From Candidatus Nanopelagicales bacterium (GTDB lineage Bacteria; Actinomycetota; Actinomycetes; S36-B12), in contig JAQTZL010000003.1 of assembly GCA_028687755.1 (NCBI GenBank), positions 144,712 to 208,711 of the forward strand: DNA of 64,000 bases, in the 5' to 3' direction. This document shows, in pieces, positions 10,968-23,625 of the stretch. Under the pieces are notes generated by a model, which saw nothing but the letters and a program-made list of their open reading frames with translations, made no database searches and was not told the DNA's origin. The position numbers were made by a program, and so were the translations under genes. Each line of letters begins with the position of its first letter. Position 1 is the first letter of the stretch.

Positions 10968-13900
10968 GTGCTAGACGTCAATTTCTTCGACGAATTACGC
11001 ATCGGCCTCGCCACGGCGGATGACATCCGTACCTGGTCATATGGCGAGGTGAAGAAGCCAGAAACGATTAACTACCGCACCCTCAAGCCTGAGAAGGACG
11101 GCCTGTTTTGCGAGAAAATCTTCGGACCTACTCGCGACTGGGAGTGCTACTGCGGCAAGTACAAGCGCGTGCGCTTCAAGGGCATCATCTGCGAACGCTG
11201 TGGTGTTGAGGTCACTCGCGCCAAGGTTCGTCGTGAGCGCATGGGTCACATCGAGCTTGCTGCTCCTGTAACTCACATCTGGTACTTCAAGGGTGTGCCA
11301 AGTCGTCTTGGTTACCTGCTCGACCTTGCTCCTAAGGATCTCGAGAAGGTCATCTACTTCGCTGCCTACATGATCACGTGGGTCGACGTCGATGGTCGCC
11401 ATGAAGCATTGCCTTCATTGGAAAACCAACTCGGTGTTGAGAAGAAGCAGATTGCTAACCGTCGCGATGCTGACATTGATGCTCGCGCCAAGAAGCTTGA
11501 AGCTGACCTTGCTGAACTCGAAGCTGAAGGCGCCAAGGCTGATGTGCGCCGCAAGGTTCGCGAATCAGGCGAGCGCGAGATGGCAGCAGTGCGCCGTCGT
11601 GCCGACACTGAAATCGAACGTCTTGATCGCATCTTCGATCGTTTCCGCACACTCAAGGTTCAAGACCTTGAAGGTGACGAAATGTTGTTCCGCGAAATGC
11701 GCGACCGTTACGGCCGCTGGTTTGACGGCAGCATGGGTGCCCAGGCAATCCAGAAGCGTCTTGAAAGCTTCGATCTTGAAGCAGAAAACGTTTTGCTTCG
11801 CGACATCGTTATGAATGGCAAGGGTCAGAAGAAGACTCGTGCACTCAAGCGCCTCAAGGTGGTTAACGCATTCCTGACCACCACCAACTCACCAACCGGC
11901 ATGGTGCTTGACGCTGTTCCTGTCATTCCACCAGATCTTCGCCCAATGGTTCAGCTTGATGGTGGCCGCTTTGCGACCTCCGATCTCAACGACCTTTACC
12001 GTCGTGTGATCAACCGCAACAACCGTTTGAAGCGTCTGCTTGATCTTGGTGCTCCTGAGATCATCGTGAACAACGAAAAGCGCATGCTCCAAGAAGCTGT
12101 TGACGCGTTGTTCGACAACGGTCGTCGTGGCCGTCCAGTTACTGGTCCAGGTAACCGTGCGCTCAAGTCCCTTTCAGACATGCTCAAGGGCAAGCAGGGT
12201 CGTTTCCGTCAGAACCTGCTCGGTAAGCGCGTGGACTACTCAGGCCGTTCGGTCATCGTGGTTGGTCCACAGTTGAAACTGCATCAGTGTGGTCTGCCAA
12301 AGCAGATGGCACTTGAGCTCTTCAAGCCATTCGTGATGAAGCGCTTGGTTGATCTCAACCATGCTCAGAACATCAAGAGCGCAAAGCGCATGGTTGAACG
12401 TTCACGTTCAGTCGTGTGGGACGTTCTTGAAGAAGTCATCACCGAGCATCCAGTGTTGCTGAACCGTGCACCAACCCTGCACCGTCTTGGCATCCAGGCC
12501 TTCGAACCACAACTCATTGAAGGTAAGGCCATCCAGATTCACCCACTCGTGTGTACTGCATTCAACGCAGACTTCGACGGTGACCAGATGGCAGTCCACC
12601 TTCCATTGAGCGCTGAAGCACAGGCTGAAGCACGCATCCTCATGCTGTCGAGCAACAACATTTTGTCGCCAGCAAACGGTCGCGCTATCACCACGCCAAC
12701 GCAGGACATGGTTCTTGGTATCTACTCATTGACCATGAATGAGCCAGGTGCTCCAGGTGAAGGCCGCGCCTTCTCCTCGATCGCTGAGGCATACATGGCC
12801 TTTGATGCGAAGTCACTGTCACGTCAGTCAGACATCACCATCCGTTTGACCGATGGTCTTCCACCTGAAGATTTCCAAGCACCAGAAGGTTGGACCCCAG
12901 GAGATCCATTCATCCTGAAGACCACCCTTGGTCGCGCGATCTTCAACGAAGCATTGCCAGCTGATTACCCATTCGTGAATGCTCAAATTGATAAGCGCAT
13001 GCTTGGCCTCGTGGTCAACAGCCTCGCTGAGCGTTACGCAAAGGTTGATGTTGCTGAGACTCTCGACAAGTTGAAGGCACTTGGCTTCTACTGGGCAACT
13101 CGCTCAGGTGTCACGATTTCGATTTCCGATGTTGTGACACCTCCAGGTAAGGCTGCCCTCCTTGCAGTTGCTGAAGGCTTCGCCGACAAGGTGCAGCAGC
13201 AGTACGAGCGTGGTTTGATCACTGACTCAGAGCGCCGCCAAGAACTCATTGAGATCTGGACTCGCGCAACTGACGAAGTCGCTCAGGCAATGCAGGCCAA
13301 CTTCCCTCGCAACAACCCAGTTCACATGATGGTTGATTCGGGTGCTCGCGGTAACTTCATGCAGGTTCGTCAGATCGCAGGTATGCGTGGTCTGGTAGCT
13401 AACCCAAAGGGTGAAATTATTCCTCGTCCGATCAAGTCCAACTTCCGTGAAGGCTTGTCGGTTCTCGAGTACTTCATCTCCACCCACGGTGCTCGTAAGG
13501 GTCTTGCAGATACCGCACTTCGTACCGCTGACTCGGGTTACTTGACCCGTCGTCTGGTCGACGTGTCACAGGACGTCATCGTTCGCGAAGTTGATTGCTT
13601 CACCGATCGCAGCACTGCGATTCAGGTTGGCGAACTTCGTGACGGCAAGATGGTTGCTTTGCCAAACATCGAAACAGCTGTCACCACCCGTACCTTGGGT
13701 CGCGCAGTTGAAGTTGATGGAAAGGTGCTCGCTGAAGCTGGCGAGATCATCACCATTGCTCGTCTTGATGAACTCGTGTCACAAGGTGCAACGGAAGTGC
13801 GTACCCGTTCGGTTCTCACCTGTGAGAGCAAGGTCGGCACGTGTGCAATGTGCTACGGCACGTCAATGGCAACCGGCAAGTTGGTTGACGTCGGCGAAGC

Positions 13901-14840
13901 AATTGGCATCGTTGCTGCACAGTCCATTGGTGAACCTGGTACCCAGCTCACCATGCGTACCTTCCACACCGGTGGTGTGGCAGGCGAGGACATCACGCAC
14001 GGTCTTCCACGTATTGTTGAACTCTTCGAAGCACGCACCCCTAAGGGTGTTGCGCCAATCAGTGAAGTCACTGGTCGCGTACGCATCGATGACACCGACA
14101 AGACTCGCAAGCTTGTGGTCGTTCCTGACGATGGCAGTGAAGAAATTGCACAGCCAGTGTCAAAGCGCACCCGCTTGCTCGTTGAAGACGGACAGCATGT
14201 GCAGGTTGGTCATCAGCTCACCGTTGGTGCAGTTGATCCAAAGCAGGTGCTTCGTATCCTCGGTCAGCGTTCAGTGCAGTCGTACCTCGTTGATCAGGTG
14301 CAAGAGGTATACCGCTCACAGGGTGTATCGATTCACGATAAGCACATCGAAGTCATCGTTCGTCAGATGCTTAAGCGCATCACGATCATCGATGATGGCG
14401 ATTCAGGCTTCTTGACTGGCGATGTCATCGAGCGCGGAAACTTCGAGACGGTCAACCGTCGTGTGGTTTCTGAAGGTGGCACTCCAGCAGCTGGACGCCC
14501 AGAACTCATGGGTATCACCAAGGCGTCGCTTGCAACCGAAAGCTGGTTGTCAGCAGCTTCCTTCCAGGAAACCACTCGCGTTCTTACCGACGCAGCGATC
14601 CATGGCAAGAGCGATCCATTGCTCGGCCTGAAGGAAAACGTCATCCTCGGCAAGCTCATCCCAGCAGGTACCGGCATGCCGCAGTACCGCAACATTCGGG
14701 TTGAGCCAACTGAAGAAGCTAAGAATGCGATGTACGCAACGTTCGCGAACTACGACGAGCTTGATTACAGCGGTTTTGCCACCAACTCAGGTGCTGCAGT
14801 GCCACTGGAAGAGTTCGACTTCCGCGGATACAACGCATAA
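10968..14840 (+). CDS. rpoC: RNA polymerase beta' subunit
   Basis: [12 protein letters not shown] catalytic motif, N-terminal Zn finger, RTFHTGG. Confidence 0.99.
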   Translation: MLDVNFFDELRIGLATADDIRTWSYGEVKKPETINYRTLKPEKDGLFCEKIFGPTRDWECYCGKYKRVRFKGIICERCGVEVTRAKVRRERMGHIELAAPVTHIWYFKGVPSRLGYLLDLAPKDLEKVIYFAAYMITWVDVDGRHEALPSLENQLGVEKKQIANRRDADIDARAKKLEADLAELEAEGAKADVRRKVRESGEREMAAVRRRADTEIERLDRIFDRFRTLKVQDLEGDEMLFREMRDRYGRWFDGSMGAQAIQKRLESFDLEAENVLLRDIVMNGKGQKKTRALKRLKVVNAFLTTTNSPTGMVLDAVPVIPPDLRPMVQLDGGRFATSDLNDLYRRVINRNNRLKRLLDLGAPEIIVNNEKRMLQEAVDALFDNGRRGRPVTGPGNRALKSLSDMLKGKQGRFRQNLLGKRVDYSGRSVIVVGPQLKLHQCGLPKQMALELFKPFVMKRLVDLNHAQNIKSAKRMVERSRSVVWDVLEEVITEHPVLLNRAPTLHRLGIQAFEPQLIEGKAIQIHPLVCTAFNADFDGDQMAVHLPLSAEAQAEARILMLSSNNILSPANGRAITTPTQDMVLGIYSLTMNEPGAPGEGRAFSSIAEAYMAFDAKSLSRQSDITIRLTDGLPPEDFQAPEGWTPGDPFILKTTLGRAIFNEALPADYPFVNAQIDKRMLGLVVNSLAERYAKVDVAETLDKLKALGFYWATRSGVTISISDVVTPPGKAALLAVAEGFADKVQQQYERGLITDSERRQELIEIWTRATDEVAQAMQANFPRNNPVHMMVDSGARGNFMQVRQIAGMRGLVANPKGEIIPRPIKSNFREGLSVLEYFISTHGARKGLADTALRTADSGYLTRRLVDVSQDVIVREVDCFTDRSTAIQVGELRDGKMVALPNIETAVTTRTLGRAVEVDGKVLAEAGEIITIARLDELVSQGATEVRTRSVLTCESKVGTCAMCYGTSMATGKLVDVGEAIGIVAAQSIGEPGTQLTMRTFHTGGVAGEDITHGLPRIVELFEARTPKGVAPISEVTGRVRIDDTDKTRKLVVVPDDGSEEIAQPVSKRTRLLVEDGQHVQVGHQLTVGAVDPKQVLRILGQRSVQSYLVDQVQEVYRSQGVSIHDKHIEVIVRQMLKRITIIDDGDSGFLTGDVIERGNFETVNRRVVSEGGTPAAGRPELMGITKASLATESWLSAASFQETTRVLTDAAIHGKSDPLLGLKENVILGKLIPAGTGMPQYRNIRVEPTEEAKNAMYATFANYDELDYSGFATNSGAAVPLEEFDFRGYNA

Positions 14841-14859
14841 AGCAAAGAGTCACGTAGTC

Positions 14860-14893
14860 AAGAAGGGGAAGGACTTTTGTCCTTCCCCTTCTT
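14860..14893 (+). terminator. Terminator hairpin after rpoC
   Basis: AAGAAGGGGAAGGAC-TTTT-GTCCTTCCCCTTCTT, 15-bp perfect stem. Confidence 0.85.
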
Positions 14894-14917
14894 GCATGTA
14901 AAGAGAAGGATGAGTAA

Positions 14918-15754
14918 GTGCCGATTGAACATGTAACAGCATCGAGTGATGCACGGTTGCGTGATTACATCGATCTCACTGATGTTGCGCTGCGTACAAG
15001 CTTTGAAGCAGAGCATGGTTTGTATATCGCCGAAAGCTCGAAGGTCATCCTTCGCGCGCTGCGCGCTGGTCATCAACCACGTTCGCTCTTGATGTCAGAT
15101 GTGTGGTTACCTCGAATGACCGAGCTCATCGATGAAGTGCAAACCCGTTGCCCCGCAACGCCAATTTTCATTGCACAGGAAACAGAGCTTGAAACCATTG
15201 CAGGGTTTCACGTGCACCGCGGAGCACTCGCCTCGATGTATCGACCCGAATTGCCTTCACTACATACCTTGCTGAGGGATGAAACTCGCAGAGTAGTTGT
15301 GCTTGATGGCGTTGTTGATCACACAAATATTGGTGCGATTTTTCGTTCAGTTGCAAGCCTTGGTGCGGATGCGGTCTTGATTACAGATCAATGTGCAGAT
15401 CCGTACTACCGCCGATCAATTCGCGTGAGCATGGGAACAGTGTTTCAAGTTCCGTGGACTCGCATTAATTGGAAGCGTGATCGAGTGACATTACAAACGG
15501 CTGGTTTCACTCTTGCGGCTTTTGCGTTAAGTGATCAATCCATTTCCCTTGATGAGTTTGAGCAACAGCCACCAGAACGTCTTGCCATGGTGTTTGGTGC
15601 AGAAGGCACTGGCCTGTCGCAGCTCATGGTGGATTCATGCGATTGCTGTGTGCGCATCCCTATGTCTGGGGGAGTGGACTCACTCAATGTTGCCGCAGCG
15701 TCTGCTGTAGCAGTCTGGGCGCTTCGGGCTAAGCCAGAGCGCTCATACAGTTAA
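14918..15754 (+). CDS. TrmH/SpoU family (SPOUT) RNA methyltransferase
   Basis: VDHTNIGAIFRS, FGAEGTGL, IPM.GGVDSLNVAAA. Confidence 0.92.
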   Translation: MPIEHVTASSDARLRDYIDLTDVALRTSFEAEHGLYIAESSKVILRALRAGHQPRSLLMSDVWLPRMTELIDEVQTRCPATPIFIAQETELETIAGFHVHRGALASMYRPELPSLHTLLRDETRRVVVLDGVVDHTNIGAIFRSVASLGADAVLITDQCADPYYRRSIRVSMGTVFQVPWTRINWKRDRVTLQTAGFTLAAFALSDQSISLDEFEQQPPERLAMVFGAEGTGLSQLMVDSCDCCVRIPMSGGVDSLNVAAASAVAVWALRAKPERSYS

Positions 15755-15763
15755 GGTGAAGTC

Positions 15764-16156
15764 ATGAGTGACCAGGAGAGCACCCCAGAGCAGCAAAGCT
15801 GGCCGAGTGCCTCAGTAAGCCCAGAAGGCTTTGTTGAACCGGTAGCTGCCTTGGCTGGCTCTGCAGCGCCGTTGGCACGCACCTCAAGCGATGCGATCGT
15901 CGCGTTTGTTCTCTCGGTGGTCTCTTGGGTTTTCTGCCCTGTGATTGTGGCCGTGGTTGCCCTGATTTTTGCGGCAAAAGCCTCAAAAGCCGTTGAAGTC
16001 AACGGCGGACAGCTCTCTGGCGGAGGCCTCACCCTGGCCGCCAAAATCATTGCTTGGGTCAATATCGGGTTTTGGGCGGCGATTGTGGTGGTTGGCGCCT
16101 TCATCGGCGTGGTCTTGATTCTTGCGGGAGCTGGCTCCCAACCTGCCCATCCGTGA
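15764..16156 (+). CDS. DUF4190-like small membrane protein
   Basis: AIVAFVLSVVS...VALIFA.KA...I...GG.L.G.GL..AAKII.W pattern with two TM segments. Confidence 0.7.
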   Translation: MSDQESTPEQQSWPSASVSPEGFVEPVAALAGSAAPLARTSSDAIVAFVLSVVSWVFCPVIVAVVALIFAAKASKAVEVNGGQLSGGGLTLAAKIIAWVNIGFWAAIVVVGAFIGVVLILAGAGSQPAHP

Positions 16157-16194
16157 GGGAATTTGCCCGTTTTCGGGTGGAAGCGGACCCCGTT

Positions 16195-16224
16195 TTGACT
16201 CTTGGCAACATTGCCGGGTAATCT
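16195..16224 (+). promoter_or_regulatory. Putative str operon promoter
   Basis: TTGACT-N18-TAATCT. Confidence 0.7.
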
Positions 16225-16422
16225 TCCCCTTCGTGTCTGACCCCTCAGGCACATCCCGCTGTGCGAACTTCCCCCGAAGCACGCATCGACGCGAATCTCG
16301 CGTCTGGGATCCATCCACGATGTTGGTGTTCGTTGCTGCCGTAAGGCGTGCGACACACCCGACCGCGTGGGTCGGAGACTGAGGGTAAGAAACAGCAAGG
16401 TCAACAACGAGAAAGGCAACAC

Positions 16423-16797
16423 GTGCCAACGATCCAGCAGCTGGTCCGCAAGGGCCGGCAGGACAAGGTCTCCAAGACCAAGGCCCCTGCGCTTAAAGGC
16501 AGCCCACAGCGCCGTGGCGTGTGTACCCGCGTGTACACCACCACTCCAAAGAAGCCGAACTCAGCGCTTCGCAAGGTCGCTCGTGTGCGTCTGACCTCTG
16601 GCATCGAAATCACCGCCTACATCCCAGGCGTTGGCCACAACCTGCAGGAGCACTCAATCGTGCTCGTCCGCGGTGGTCGTGTGCGCGATCTGCCTGGTGT
16701 TCGTTACAAGGTCATCCGCGGCGCACTTGACACCCAGGGTGTCAAGAACCGCAAGCAAGCCCGTAGTAAGTACGGCGCGAAGAAGGAGAAGGCCTAA
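16423..16797 (+). CDS. rpsL: 30S ribosomal protein S12
   Basis: GTG start after GAAAGG; [18 protein letters not shown]; residue 88 is Arg. Confidence 0.99.
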   Translation: MPTIQQLVRKGRQDKVSKTKAPALKGSPQRRGVCTRVYTTTPKKPNSALRKVARVRLTSGIEITAYIPGVGHNLQEHSIVLVRGGRVRDLPGVRYKVIRGALDTQGVKNRKQARSKYGAKKEKA

Positions 16798-17267
16798 TGC
16801 CTCGTAAAGGTCCTGCCCCCAAGCGGCCGATCATCATCGATCCGGTCTACCAGGCACCAATCGTTACCCAGCTCATCAACAAGGTTCTCCTTGATGGCAA
16901 GCGTTCAACAGCCGAAAAGATTGTCTATGGCGCTCTCGAAGGTTGCGCTGCCAAGACCGGCACCGATCCTGTGCAGACGCTCAAGCGCGCACTCGACAAC
17001 ATTCGTCCAACCTTGGAAGTTCGCTCACGCCGTGTTGGTGGCGCGACGTACCAGGTTCCAGTAGAAGTCAAGGCTGGCCGTTCGACCACCCTCGCACTTC
17101 GTTGGTTGATCACGTACTCACGTCAGCGTCGCGAAAAGACCATGACCGAGCGCCTGATGAACGAACTGCTCGATGCTTCAAACGGTCTTGGCGCAAGCGT
17201 CAAGAAGCGCGAAGACACCCACAAGATGGCGGAGTCCAACAAGGCCTTCGCTCATTACCGCTGGTAA
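16797..17267 (+). CDS. rpsG: 30S ribosomal protein S7
   Basis: [26 protein letters not shown]. Confidence 0.99.
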   Translation: MPRKGPAPKRPIIIDPVYQAPIVTQLINKVLLDGKRSTAEKIVYGALEGCAAKTGTDPVQTLKRALDNIRPTLEVRSRRVGGATYQVPVEVKAGRSTTLALRWLITYSRQRREKTMTERLMNELLDASNGLGASVKKREDTHKMAESNKAFAHYRW

Positions 17268-17312
17268 TACCTCAACTTTTCTTAATCACGCCTCAAGCAA
17301 CGGAGTTCACTC

Positions 17313-19412
17313 GTGTCAACGCAGACCAGTCTCGATCTGGCCAAGGTGCGCAACATCGGCATCATGGCTCACATCGACGCGGGCAAGACCACGACCACCG
17401 AGCGCATCCTGTTCTACACCGGTGTTAGCTACAAGATCGGTGAAGTTCACGACGGCGGCGCAACGATGGACTGGATGGAGCAGGAGCAAGAGCGTGGCAT
17501 CACGATCACGTCAGCTGCTACCACCTGTGAGTGGAAGAACCACACCATCAACATCATTGACACTCCAGGTCACGTTGACTTCACTGTTGAAGTAGAGCGT
17601 TCACTTCGCGTGCTCGACGGTGCTGTCACCGTGTTCGACGGTGTTGCTGGCGTTGAGCCACAGTCAGAAACCGTGTGGCGTCAGGCTGATAAGTACTCTG
17701 TTCCACGTATCTGTTTCGTCAACAAGCTTGACCGCACAGGTGCTGATTTCTTCCGTTGCGTTGACATGATTGTTGAGCGCCTCGGTGCAACCCCACTCGT
17801 ACTTCAGATTCCTATCGGCGCTGAAGGCGACTTCCTTGGTGTTGTAGACCTCATCACGATGAAGGCATTGACCTGGCGTGGCGAAACCCAAAAGGGCGAA
17901 GACTACGTAATCGAAGAGATCCCAGCAGAGCTTGCTGACCAAGCGGCTGAGTACCGCGAGAAGTTGCTTGAAACTCTTTCAGAAGCTGACGACGCAATCA
18001 TGGAGAAGTTCCTTGAAGGCGAAGACTTGAGCACTGAGGAAATTCAGGCTGCAATTCGTCGCGCAACACTTGCGTACAAGTTGACCCCAATCCTCACCGG
18101 TTCTGCATTCAAGAACAAGGGTGTTCAGCCAATGCTCGATGCAGTGGTTGCTTACCTTCCTTGCCCGCTTGACGTGACCGCAGTTGAAGGTCACAAGATG
18201 GGTGCCGAAGACGTCATCATCGAGCGCAAGCCAAGTGACGCAGAACCATTCGCTGCACTCGCATTCAAGATCATGACCGACCCACACTTGGGCAAGCTCA
18301 CCTACGTGCGCGTTTACTCAGGCCGTTTGAACACTGGTACCGCAGTGCTCAACAGCGTGAAGGATCGCAAAGAGCGCATTGGCAAGATTTACCGAATGCA
18401 TGCGAACAAGCGTGAAGAAATTGACTCAGTGGGCGCAGGCGACATCGTTGCAGTGATGGGTCTCAAGGACACCACTACTGGCGAAACACTGTGCGATCCA
18501 GCAAACCCTGTGGTTCTGGAATCCATGACCTTCCCAGCTCCTGTGATTCACATTGCAATTGAGCCAAAGTCAAAGGGTGACCAAGACAAGCTCGGCATTG
18601 CAATTCAGCGTTTGTCTGATGAAGACCCAACGTTCCACGTGCGTTCAGATGAAGAAACCGGCCAGACCATCATCGGTGGCATGGGCGAACTTCACCTTGA
18701 AGTACTCGTTGACCGTATGAAGCGCGAATTCAACGTTGAAGCAAACGTTGGTAAGCCTCAGGTTGCGTACCGCGAGACCATCACCAAGAAGGTCGAAAAG
18801 GTTGACTACACCCACAAGAAGCAATCGGGTGGTTCAGGTCAGTTCGGTCGCGTCATCATCGACCTCGAGCCAAACACCGACGAGGGTGGTGGCTACGCAT
18901 TCGTGAACAAGGTGACCGGTGGTCGCATTCCTCGCGAATACATTCCTTCAGTTGACGCAGGTTGCCAGGACTCACTTGAAAACGGTGTGCTTGCTGGTTA
19001 CCCAATGGTTGACGTCAAGGTCACGCTGCAAGACGGCGCGTACCACGATGTTGACTCGTCAGAACTCGCATTCAAGATCGCCGGCACCATGGCGTTCCGT
19101 GAAGCTGCCCGCATGGCTGGTGCAGTAATCCTGGAACCAATGATGGCTGTTGAAGTGACGACCCCAGAAGATTTCATGGGCGACGTTATCGGCGACCTCA
19201 ACTCACGACGCGGCCAGATTCAGGCCATGGAAGAGCGTTCCGGCGCTCGTGTTGTGAAAGCTGTTGTGCCGCTGTCCGAAATGTTTGGTTACGTAGGCGA
19301 TCTACGCAGCCGCACACAAGGGCGTGCGTCGTACAGCATGCAGTTTGACTCCTACGCACAGGTTCCTTCAAATGTGCAGGTGGAGATCATCGCTAAGGCT
19401 CGCGGCGAATAG
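17313..19412 (+). CDS. fusA: Elongation factor G
   Basis: [21 protein letters not shown]. Confidence 0.99.
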   Translation: MSTQTSLDLAKVRNIGIMAHIDAGKTTTTERILFYTGVSYKIGEVHDGGATMDWMEQEQERGITITSAATTCEWKNHTINIIDTPGHVDFTVEVERSLRVLDGAVTVFDGVAGVEPQSETVWRQADKYSVPRICFVNKLDRTGADFFRCVDMIVERLGATPLVLQIPIGAEGDFLGVVDLITMKALTWRGETQKGEDYVIEEIPAELADQAAEYREKLLETLSEADDAIMEKFLEGEDLSTEEIQAAIRRATLAYKLTPILTGSAFKNKGVQPMLDAVVAYLPCPLDVTAVEGHKMGAEDVIIERKPSDAEPFAALAFKIMTDPHLGKLTYVRVYSGRLNTGTAVLNSVKDRKERIGKIYRMHANKREEIDSVGAGDIVAVMGLKDTTTGETLCDPANPVVLESMTFPAPVIHIAIEPKSKGDQDKLGIAIQRLSDEDPTFHVRSDEETGQTIIGGMGELHLEVLVDRMKREFNVEANVGKPQVAYRETITKKVEKVDYTHKKQSGGSGQFGRVIIDLEPNTDEGGGYAFVNKVTGGRIPREYIPSVDAGCQDSLENGVLAGYPMVDVKVTLQDGAYHDVDSSELAFKIAGTMAFREAARMAGAVILEPMMAVEVTTPEDFMGDVIGDLNSRRGQIQAMEERSGARVVKAVVPLSEMFGYVGDLRSRTQGRASYSMQFDSYAQVPSNVQVEIIAKARGE

Positions 19413-19502
19413 TCGCGGATCAAAAAAGAAAAAAACATATCCAAAGAAACCAAACCCGATCCGCGATAACGCCGGACGGCTACACAACAAGGGAGAACTC
19501 AA

Positions 19503-20699
19503 ATGGCAAAGGCCAAATTTGAGCGCACCAAGCCGCACGTCAACATCGGCACCATTGGTCACATTGACCATGGCAAGACGACCCTGACTGCTGCGATCAC
19601 CAAGGTGCTGCACGACCGTTACCCAGACGTCAACCCATTCACCCCATTCGACATGATCGATAAGGCGCCTGAAGAGCGTCAGCGTGGTATCACGATTTCG
19701 ATCGCACACGTCGAGTACCAGACCGAAGGCCGTCACTACGCTCACGTTGACTGCCCAGGTCACGCTGACTACATCAAGAACATGATCACCGGCGCGGCTC
19801 AGATGGACGGCGCAATCCTCGTGGTTGCAGCTACCGACGGCCCAATGCCACAGACCAAGGAGCACGTGCTTCTTGCTCGTCAGGTAGGCGTACCTTCAAT
19901 CGTGGTTGCACTCAACAAGTGCGACATGGTTGATGACGAAGACCTTCTTGAACTCGTAGAAATGGAAGTTCGCGAACTTCTTTCAACCTACGAATTCCCA
20001 GGCGACGACATTCCTGTGGTCCGCGTTGCAGCCTTCCCAGCACTCCAGGGTGATGAGAAGTGGGGCGAGTCGATCATGAACCTCATGAACGCAGTGGACG
20101 AATACATCCCAACGCCAGAGCGCGAAATTGACAAGCCATTCCTTATGCCAGTGGAAGACGTCTTCACGATCACCGGTCGTGGCACCGTTGTCACCGGTCG
20201 TATCGAGCGCGGCATGATCAAGGTCAACGAAGAAATCGAAATCGTTGGCATCCGCCCAGGTATCCCAGTCAAGACCACCGTCACCGGTGTCGAAATGTTC
20301 CGCAAGTTGCTCGACGAAGGTCAAGCTGGCGAAAACGTCGGTCTCCTTCTTCGTGGCACCAAGCGTGAAGACGTTGAGCGCGGCCAGGTTTGCTGCAAGC
20401 CAGGCTCAATCACTCCTCACACCGGTTTCGACGCTTCGGTCTACATCCTTTCCAAGGACGAAGGTGGCCGTCACACGCCGTTCTTCAACAACTACCGTCC
20501 ACAGTTCTACTTCCGTACCACGGACGTGACCGGTGTTGTGACCCTTCCTGAGGGCAAGGACATGGTTATGCCAGGCGACAACACCGACATGGCAGTTGAA
20601 CTGATTCAGTCAATTGCAATGGAAGAAGGCCTTCGCTTCGCAATCCGCGAAGGTGGCCGCACGGTTGGCGCAGGCCGCGTCACCAAGATCACGAACTAG
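19503..20699 (+). CDS. tuf: Elongation factor Tu
   Basis: [21 protein letters not shown]. Confidence 0.99.
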   Translation: MAKAKFERTKPHVNIGTIGHIDHGKTTLTAAITKVLHDRYPDVNPFTPFDMIDKAPEERQRGITISIAHVEYQTEGRHYAHVDCPGHADYIKNMITGAAQMDGAILVVAATDGPMPQTKEHVLLARQVGVPSIVVALNKCDMVDDEDLLELVEMEVRELLSTYEFPGDDIPVVRVAAFPALQGDEKWGESIMNLMNAVDEYIPTPEREIDKPFLMPVEDVFTITGRGTVVTGRIERGMIKVNEEIEIVGIRPGIPVKTTVTGVEMFRKLLDEGQAGENVGLLLRGTKREDVERGQVCCKPGSITPHTGFDASVYILSKDEGGRHTPFFNNYRPQFYFRTTDVTGVVTLPEGKDMVMPGDNTDMAVELIQSIAMEEGLRFAIREGGRTVGAGRVTKITN

Positions 20700-20707
20700 T
20701 AGCTGAT

Positions 20708-20735
20708 TGTTGGGGGCGGGTAACCGCCCCCAACA
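20708..20735 (+). other. 12-bp GC-rich hairpin with GTAA (GNRA) loop between tuf and rpsJ
   Basis: TGTTGGGGGCGG-GTAA-CCGCCCCCAACA with no following U-tract; stabiliser or partial terminator. Confidence 0.6.
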
Positions 20736-20811
20736 TCAACTCAAAAGTACGACCTGCACCACAAAGCAACATCACAGCATTGGCACACGAGAAGTAAGGA
20801 CACCAGCCACC

Positions 20812-21120
20812 ATGGCGGGACAAAAGATCCGAATCCGGCTTAAGGCCTATGACCACGAGGTCATCGATTCATCGGCACGCAAAATTGTCGAGACGGTGAT
20901 TCGTACTGGTGCATCGGTTGCTGGCCCAGTGCCACTGCCAACTGAGAAGAACGTGTACTGCGTGATTCGCTCACCTCACAAGTACAAGGACTCTCGCGAG
21001 CACTTCGAGATGCGCACACACAAGCGCCTCATTGACATTCTTGACCCCACGCCAAAGACAGTTGATTCGCTGATGCGTCTTGACCTTCCGGCTGGTGTCG
21101 ACATCGAGATCAAGCTGTAG
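20812..21120 (+). CDS. rpsJ: 30S ribosomal protein S10
   Basis: [15 protein letters not shown]; ATG at 20812. Confidence 0.99.
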   Translation: MAGQKIRIRLKAYDHEVIDSSARKIVETVIRTGASVAGPVPLPTEKNVYCVIRSPHKYKDSREHFEMRTHKRLIDILDPTPKTVDSLMRLDLPAGVDIEIKL

Positions 21121-21134
21121 GGACGACGAAGACA

Positions 21135-21779
21135 ATGAGCACCAACGTAAAGGGTGTACTGGGCACCAAGCTCGGCATGACACAGGTCTGGGATGAGAAC
21201 AACAAAGTTGTTCCTGTCACGGTTGTGCAGGCTGGTCCTTGTGTTGTGACCCAGGTCCGCACTCCAGAGAACGACGGTTACTCAGCCGTCCAAATCGCCT
21301 TCGGCGCGATCGATCCACGCAAGGTCAACAAGCCTGCTGCAGGTCACTTCGAAAAGGCAGGCGTTACGCCTCGCCGCCACCTCGTTGAGATCCGCACCGC
21401 AGACGCTTCGGAATACACATTGGGCCAAGAGCTCACTGCGGAAACCTTCGAAGATGGCCAGCGCATCGACGTCGTTGCTACCACCAAGGGCAAGGGTTTT
21501 GCCGGCGGCATGAAGCGCCATGGTTTCCATGGTCTTCGCGCATCGCATGGTGTGACTCGCAAGCACCGTTCCCCAGGCTCAATCGGCGGTTGTTCAACCC
21601 CTGGTCGCGTGTTCAAGGGTATGAAGATGGCTGGCCGTATGGGTGGCGATCGTCAGACCACATTGAACCTGATCGTTCAAAAGGTTGACGCAACCAATGG
21701 TTTGCTCCTGATTAAGGGTGCAGTTCCAGGACCTAAGGGCGCACTTGTGTTCGTCCGTACCGCAGTGAAGGAGGCGTAA
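21135..21779 (+). CDS. rplC: 50S ribosomal protein L3
   Basis: [16 protein letters not shown]. Confidence 0.99.
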   Translation: MSTNVKGVLGTKLGMTQVWDENNKVVPVTVVQAGPCVVTQVRTPENDGYSAVQIAFGAIDPRKVNKPAAGHFEKAGVTPRRHLVEIRTADASEYTLGQELTAETFEDGQRIDVVATTKGKGFAGGMKRHGFHGLRASHGVTRKHRSPGSIGGCSTPGRVFKGMKMAGRMGGDRQTTLNLIVQKVDATNGLLLIKGAVPGPKGALVFVRTAVKEA

Positions 21780-21781
21780 CG

Positions 21782-22456
21782 ATGACTTCTGTTGACGTTC
21801 GCACCCCGGCTGGCAAAGCTGCCGGCAAGGCCGATCTTCCTGCTGAGATCTTCGATGTGCAGGTCAACGTTCCGTTGATCCACCAGGTTGTTGTTGCGCA
21901 GCTTGCTGCGGCACGCCAGGGCACACACGACACCAAGCGTCGTGGTGAAGTTCGCGGTGGTGGCCGTAAGCCTTACAAGCAAAAGGGCACCGGCCGTGCA
22001 CGCCAAGGTTCGATTCGCGCACCTCATTACGCAGGTGGCGGTGTCGCACATGGTCCACACCCACGTGATTACTCACAGCGCACACCTAAGAAGATGAAGG
22101 CAGCTGCACTTCGCGGAGCTTTGTCTGATCGCGCTCGCGATAACAAGGTGCATGTTGTATCTGAACTCGTAACCGGTGCAACGCCATCGACAAAGCAAGC
22201 AATTGCATTGTTCAAGGCGCTTGGCATTGAAGGTCGCGTACTCGTTGCGATCACTCGTACCGATGACATCTCAGCATTGAGCTTGCGCAACGTTCCAACG
22301 GTGCACGTGCTTTACATCGATCAACTCAACACTTACGACGTGTTGGTCAATGATCACGTGCTCTTCACCGAAGATGCACTCGAAGCCTTCATCGCTGGTA
22401 GCCCAGCTGGTAAAAGCGCGAAGGCTGTTGCAACTGAGGGTGAGGTTTCGGCATGA
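21782..22456 (+). CDS. rplD: 50S ribosomal protein L4
   Basis: [11 protein letters not shown]. Confidence 0.99.
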   Translation: MTSVDVRTPAGKAAGKADLPAEIFDVQVNVPLIHQVVVAQLAAARQGTHDTKRRGEVRGGGRKPYKQKGTGRARQGSIRAPHYAGGGVAHGPHPRDYSQRTPKKMKAAALRGALSDRARDNKVHVVSELVTGATPSTKQAIALFKALGIEGRVLVAITRTDDISALSLRNVPTVHVLYIDQLNTYDVLVNDHVLFTEDALEAFIAGSPAGKSAKAVATEGEVSA

Positions 22457-22752
22457 GAATCGCAGATCCACGCGACATTCTGATTGCACCAGTGGTGTCA
22501 GAGAAGAGCTACGCACTTCTCGACGAGAACAAGTACACGTTCATCGTTTCACCAAAGGCAAACAAGACACAGATCAAAATCGCAGTTGAAGAAGTTTTTG
22601 GTGTGAAGGTTCTTGCCGTCAACACCATGAACCGTGAAGGCAAGCGCCTTCGCACGAAGACCGGTTTTGGTAAGCGTGCCGACACTAAGCGCGCAATCGT
22701 CTCAGTAGCTGCTGGCGACCGCATCGACATCTTCGGAGGCCCGGTCTCCTGA
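22453..22752 (+). CDS. rplW: 50S ribosomal protein L23
   Basis: PVVSEKS, ANKTQIK.AVE..FGVKV. Confidence 0.99.
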   Translation: MRIADPRDILIAPVVSEKSYALLDENKYTFIVSPKANKTQIKIAVEEVFGVKVLAVNTMNREGKRLRTKTGFGKRADTKRAIVSVAAGDRIDIFGGPVS

Positions 22753-22780
22753 CCGGCCATCGATCACCAGAGGAATAGAC

Positions 22781-23617
22781 ATGGGAATCCGTAAGTACAA
22801 GCCGACTACGCCGGGCCTTCGTGGCTCGTCAGTAGCCGACTTCGTCGAGATCACGCGCTCCACGCCGGAGAAGTCGCTCGTTCGTCCATTGCCGAAAAAG
22901 GGTGGACGTAACAACAGCGGTCGCATCACGACTCGTCACCAAGGTGGCGGTCACAAGCGTGCGTACCGCATCATCGACTTCAAGCGTGCAGACAAAGATG
23001 GTGTGCCAGCCAAGGTTGCGCACATTGAATACGATCCAAACCGCACCGCACGTATTGCATTGCTGCACTACGCGGACGGCGAGAAGCGTTACATCTTGGC
23101 GCCAAACAAGCTCAAGCAGGGCGACCTCATTGAGACCGGCCCTGCAGCCGACATCAAGCCAGGTAACAGCCTTCCAATGCGCAATATCCCGGTCGGTACC
23201 GTGATTCACGCTGTGGAACTCAAGCCAGGCGGCGGCGCAAAGATTGCTCGATCAGCTGGTACCAGCATTCAGTTGGTAGCAAAGGACGGCCCATTCGCAC
23301 AGTTGCGTATGCCATCTGGCGAAATTCGCAACGTCGATCTGCGCTGTCGCGCAACCATCGGCGAAGTTGGTAACGCTGAGCAGTCAAACATCAACTGGGG
23401 CAAGGCCGGCCGTATGCGTTGGAAGGGCAAGCGCCCAACCGTTCGTGGTGTGGCAATGAACCCGGTCGACCATCCACATGGTGGTGGTGAAGGTAAGACT
23501 TCCGGTGGACGTCACCCAGTGAATCCAAACGGTAAGCCAGAAGGCCGTACGCGTAAGCGCAATAAGGCCAGCGATCAGTTCATCGTCCGTCGCCGCAAGA
23601 CCGGCAAGAAGCGCTAA
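22781..23617 (+). CDS. rplB: 50S ribosomal protein L2
   Basis: [18 protein letters not shown]. Confidence 0.99.
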   Translation: MGIRKYKPTTPGLRGSSVADFVEITRSTPEKSLVRPLPKKGGRNNSGRITTRHQGGGHKRAYRIIDFKRADKDGVPAKVAHIEYDPNRTARIALLHYADGEKRYILAPNKLKQGDLIETGPAADIKPGNSLPMRNIPVGTVIHAVELKPGGGAKIARSAGTSIQLVAKDGPFAQLRMPSGEIRNVDLRCRATIGEVGNAEQSNINWGKAGRMRWKGKRPTVRGVAMNPVDHPHGGGEGKTSGGRHPVNPNGKPEGRTRKRNKASDQFIVRRRKTGKKR

Positions 23618-23625
23618 GGGAAGTC

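Noticed and set aside
13591-14415. 274-aa alternative-frame ORF inside rpoC
   Set aside because: Same-strand shadow of a highly biased gene; Ser/Leu/Cys-rich with no recognisable motif or RBS
16203-16215. Small palindrome GGCAA-CA-TTGCC in the rpsL promoter spacer
   Set aside because: Only 5 bp per arm and seen once; could be chance
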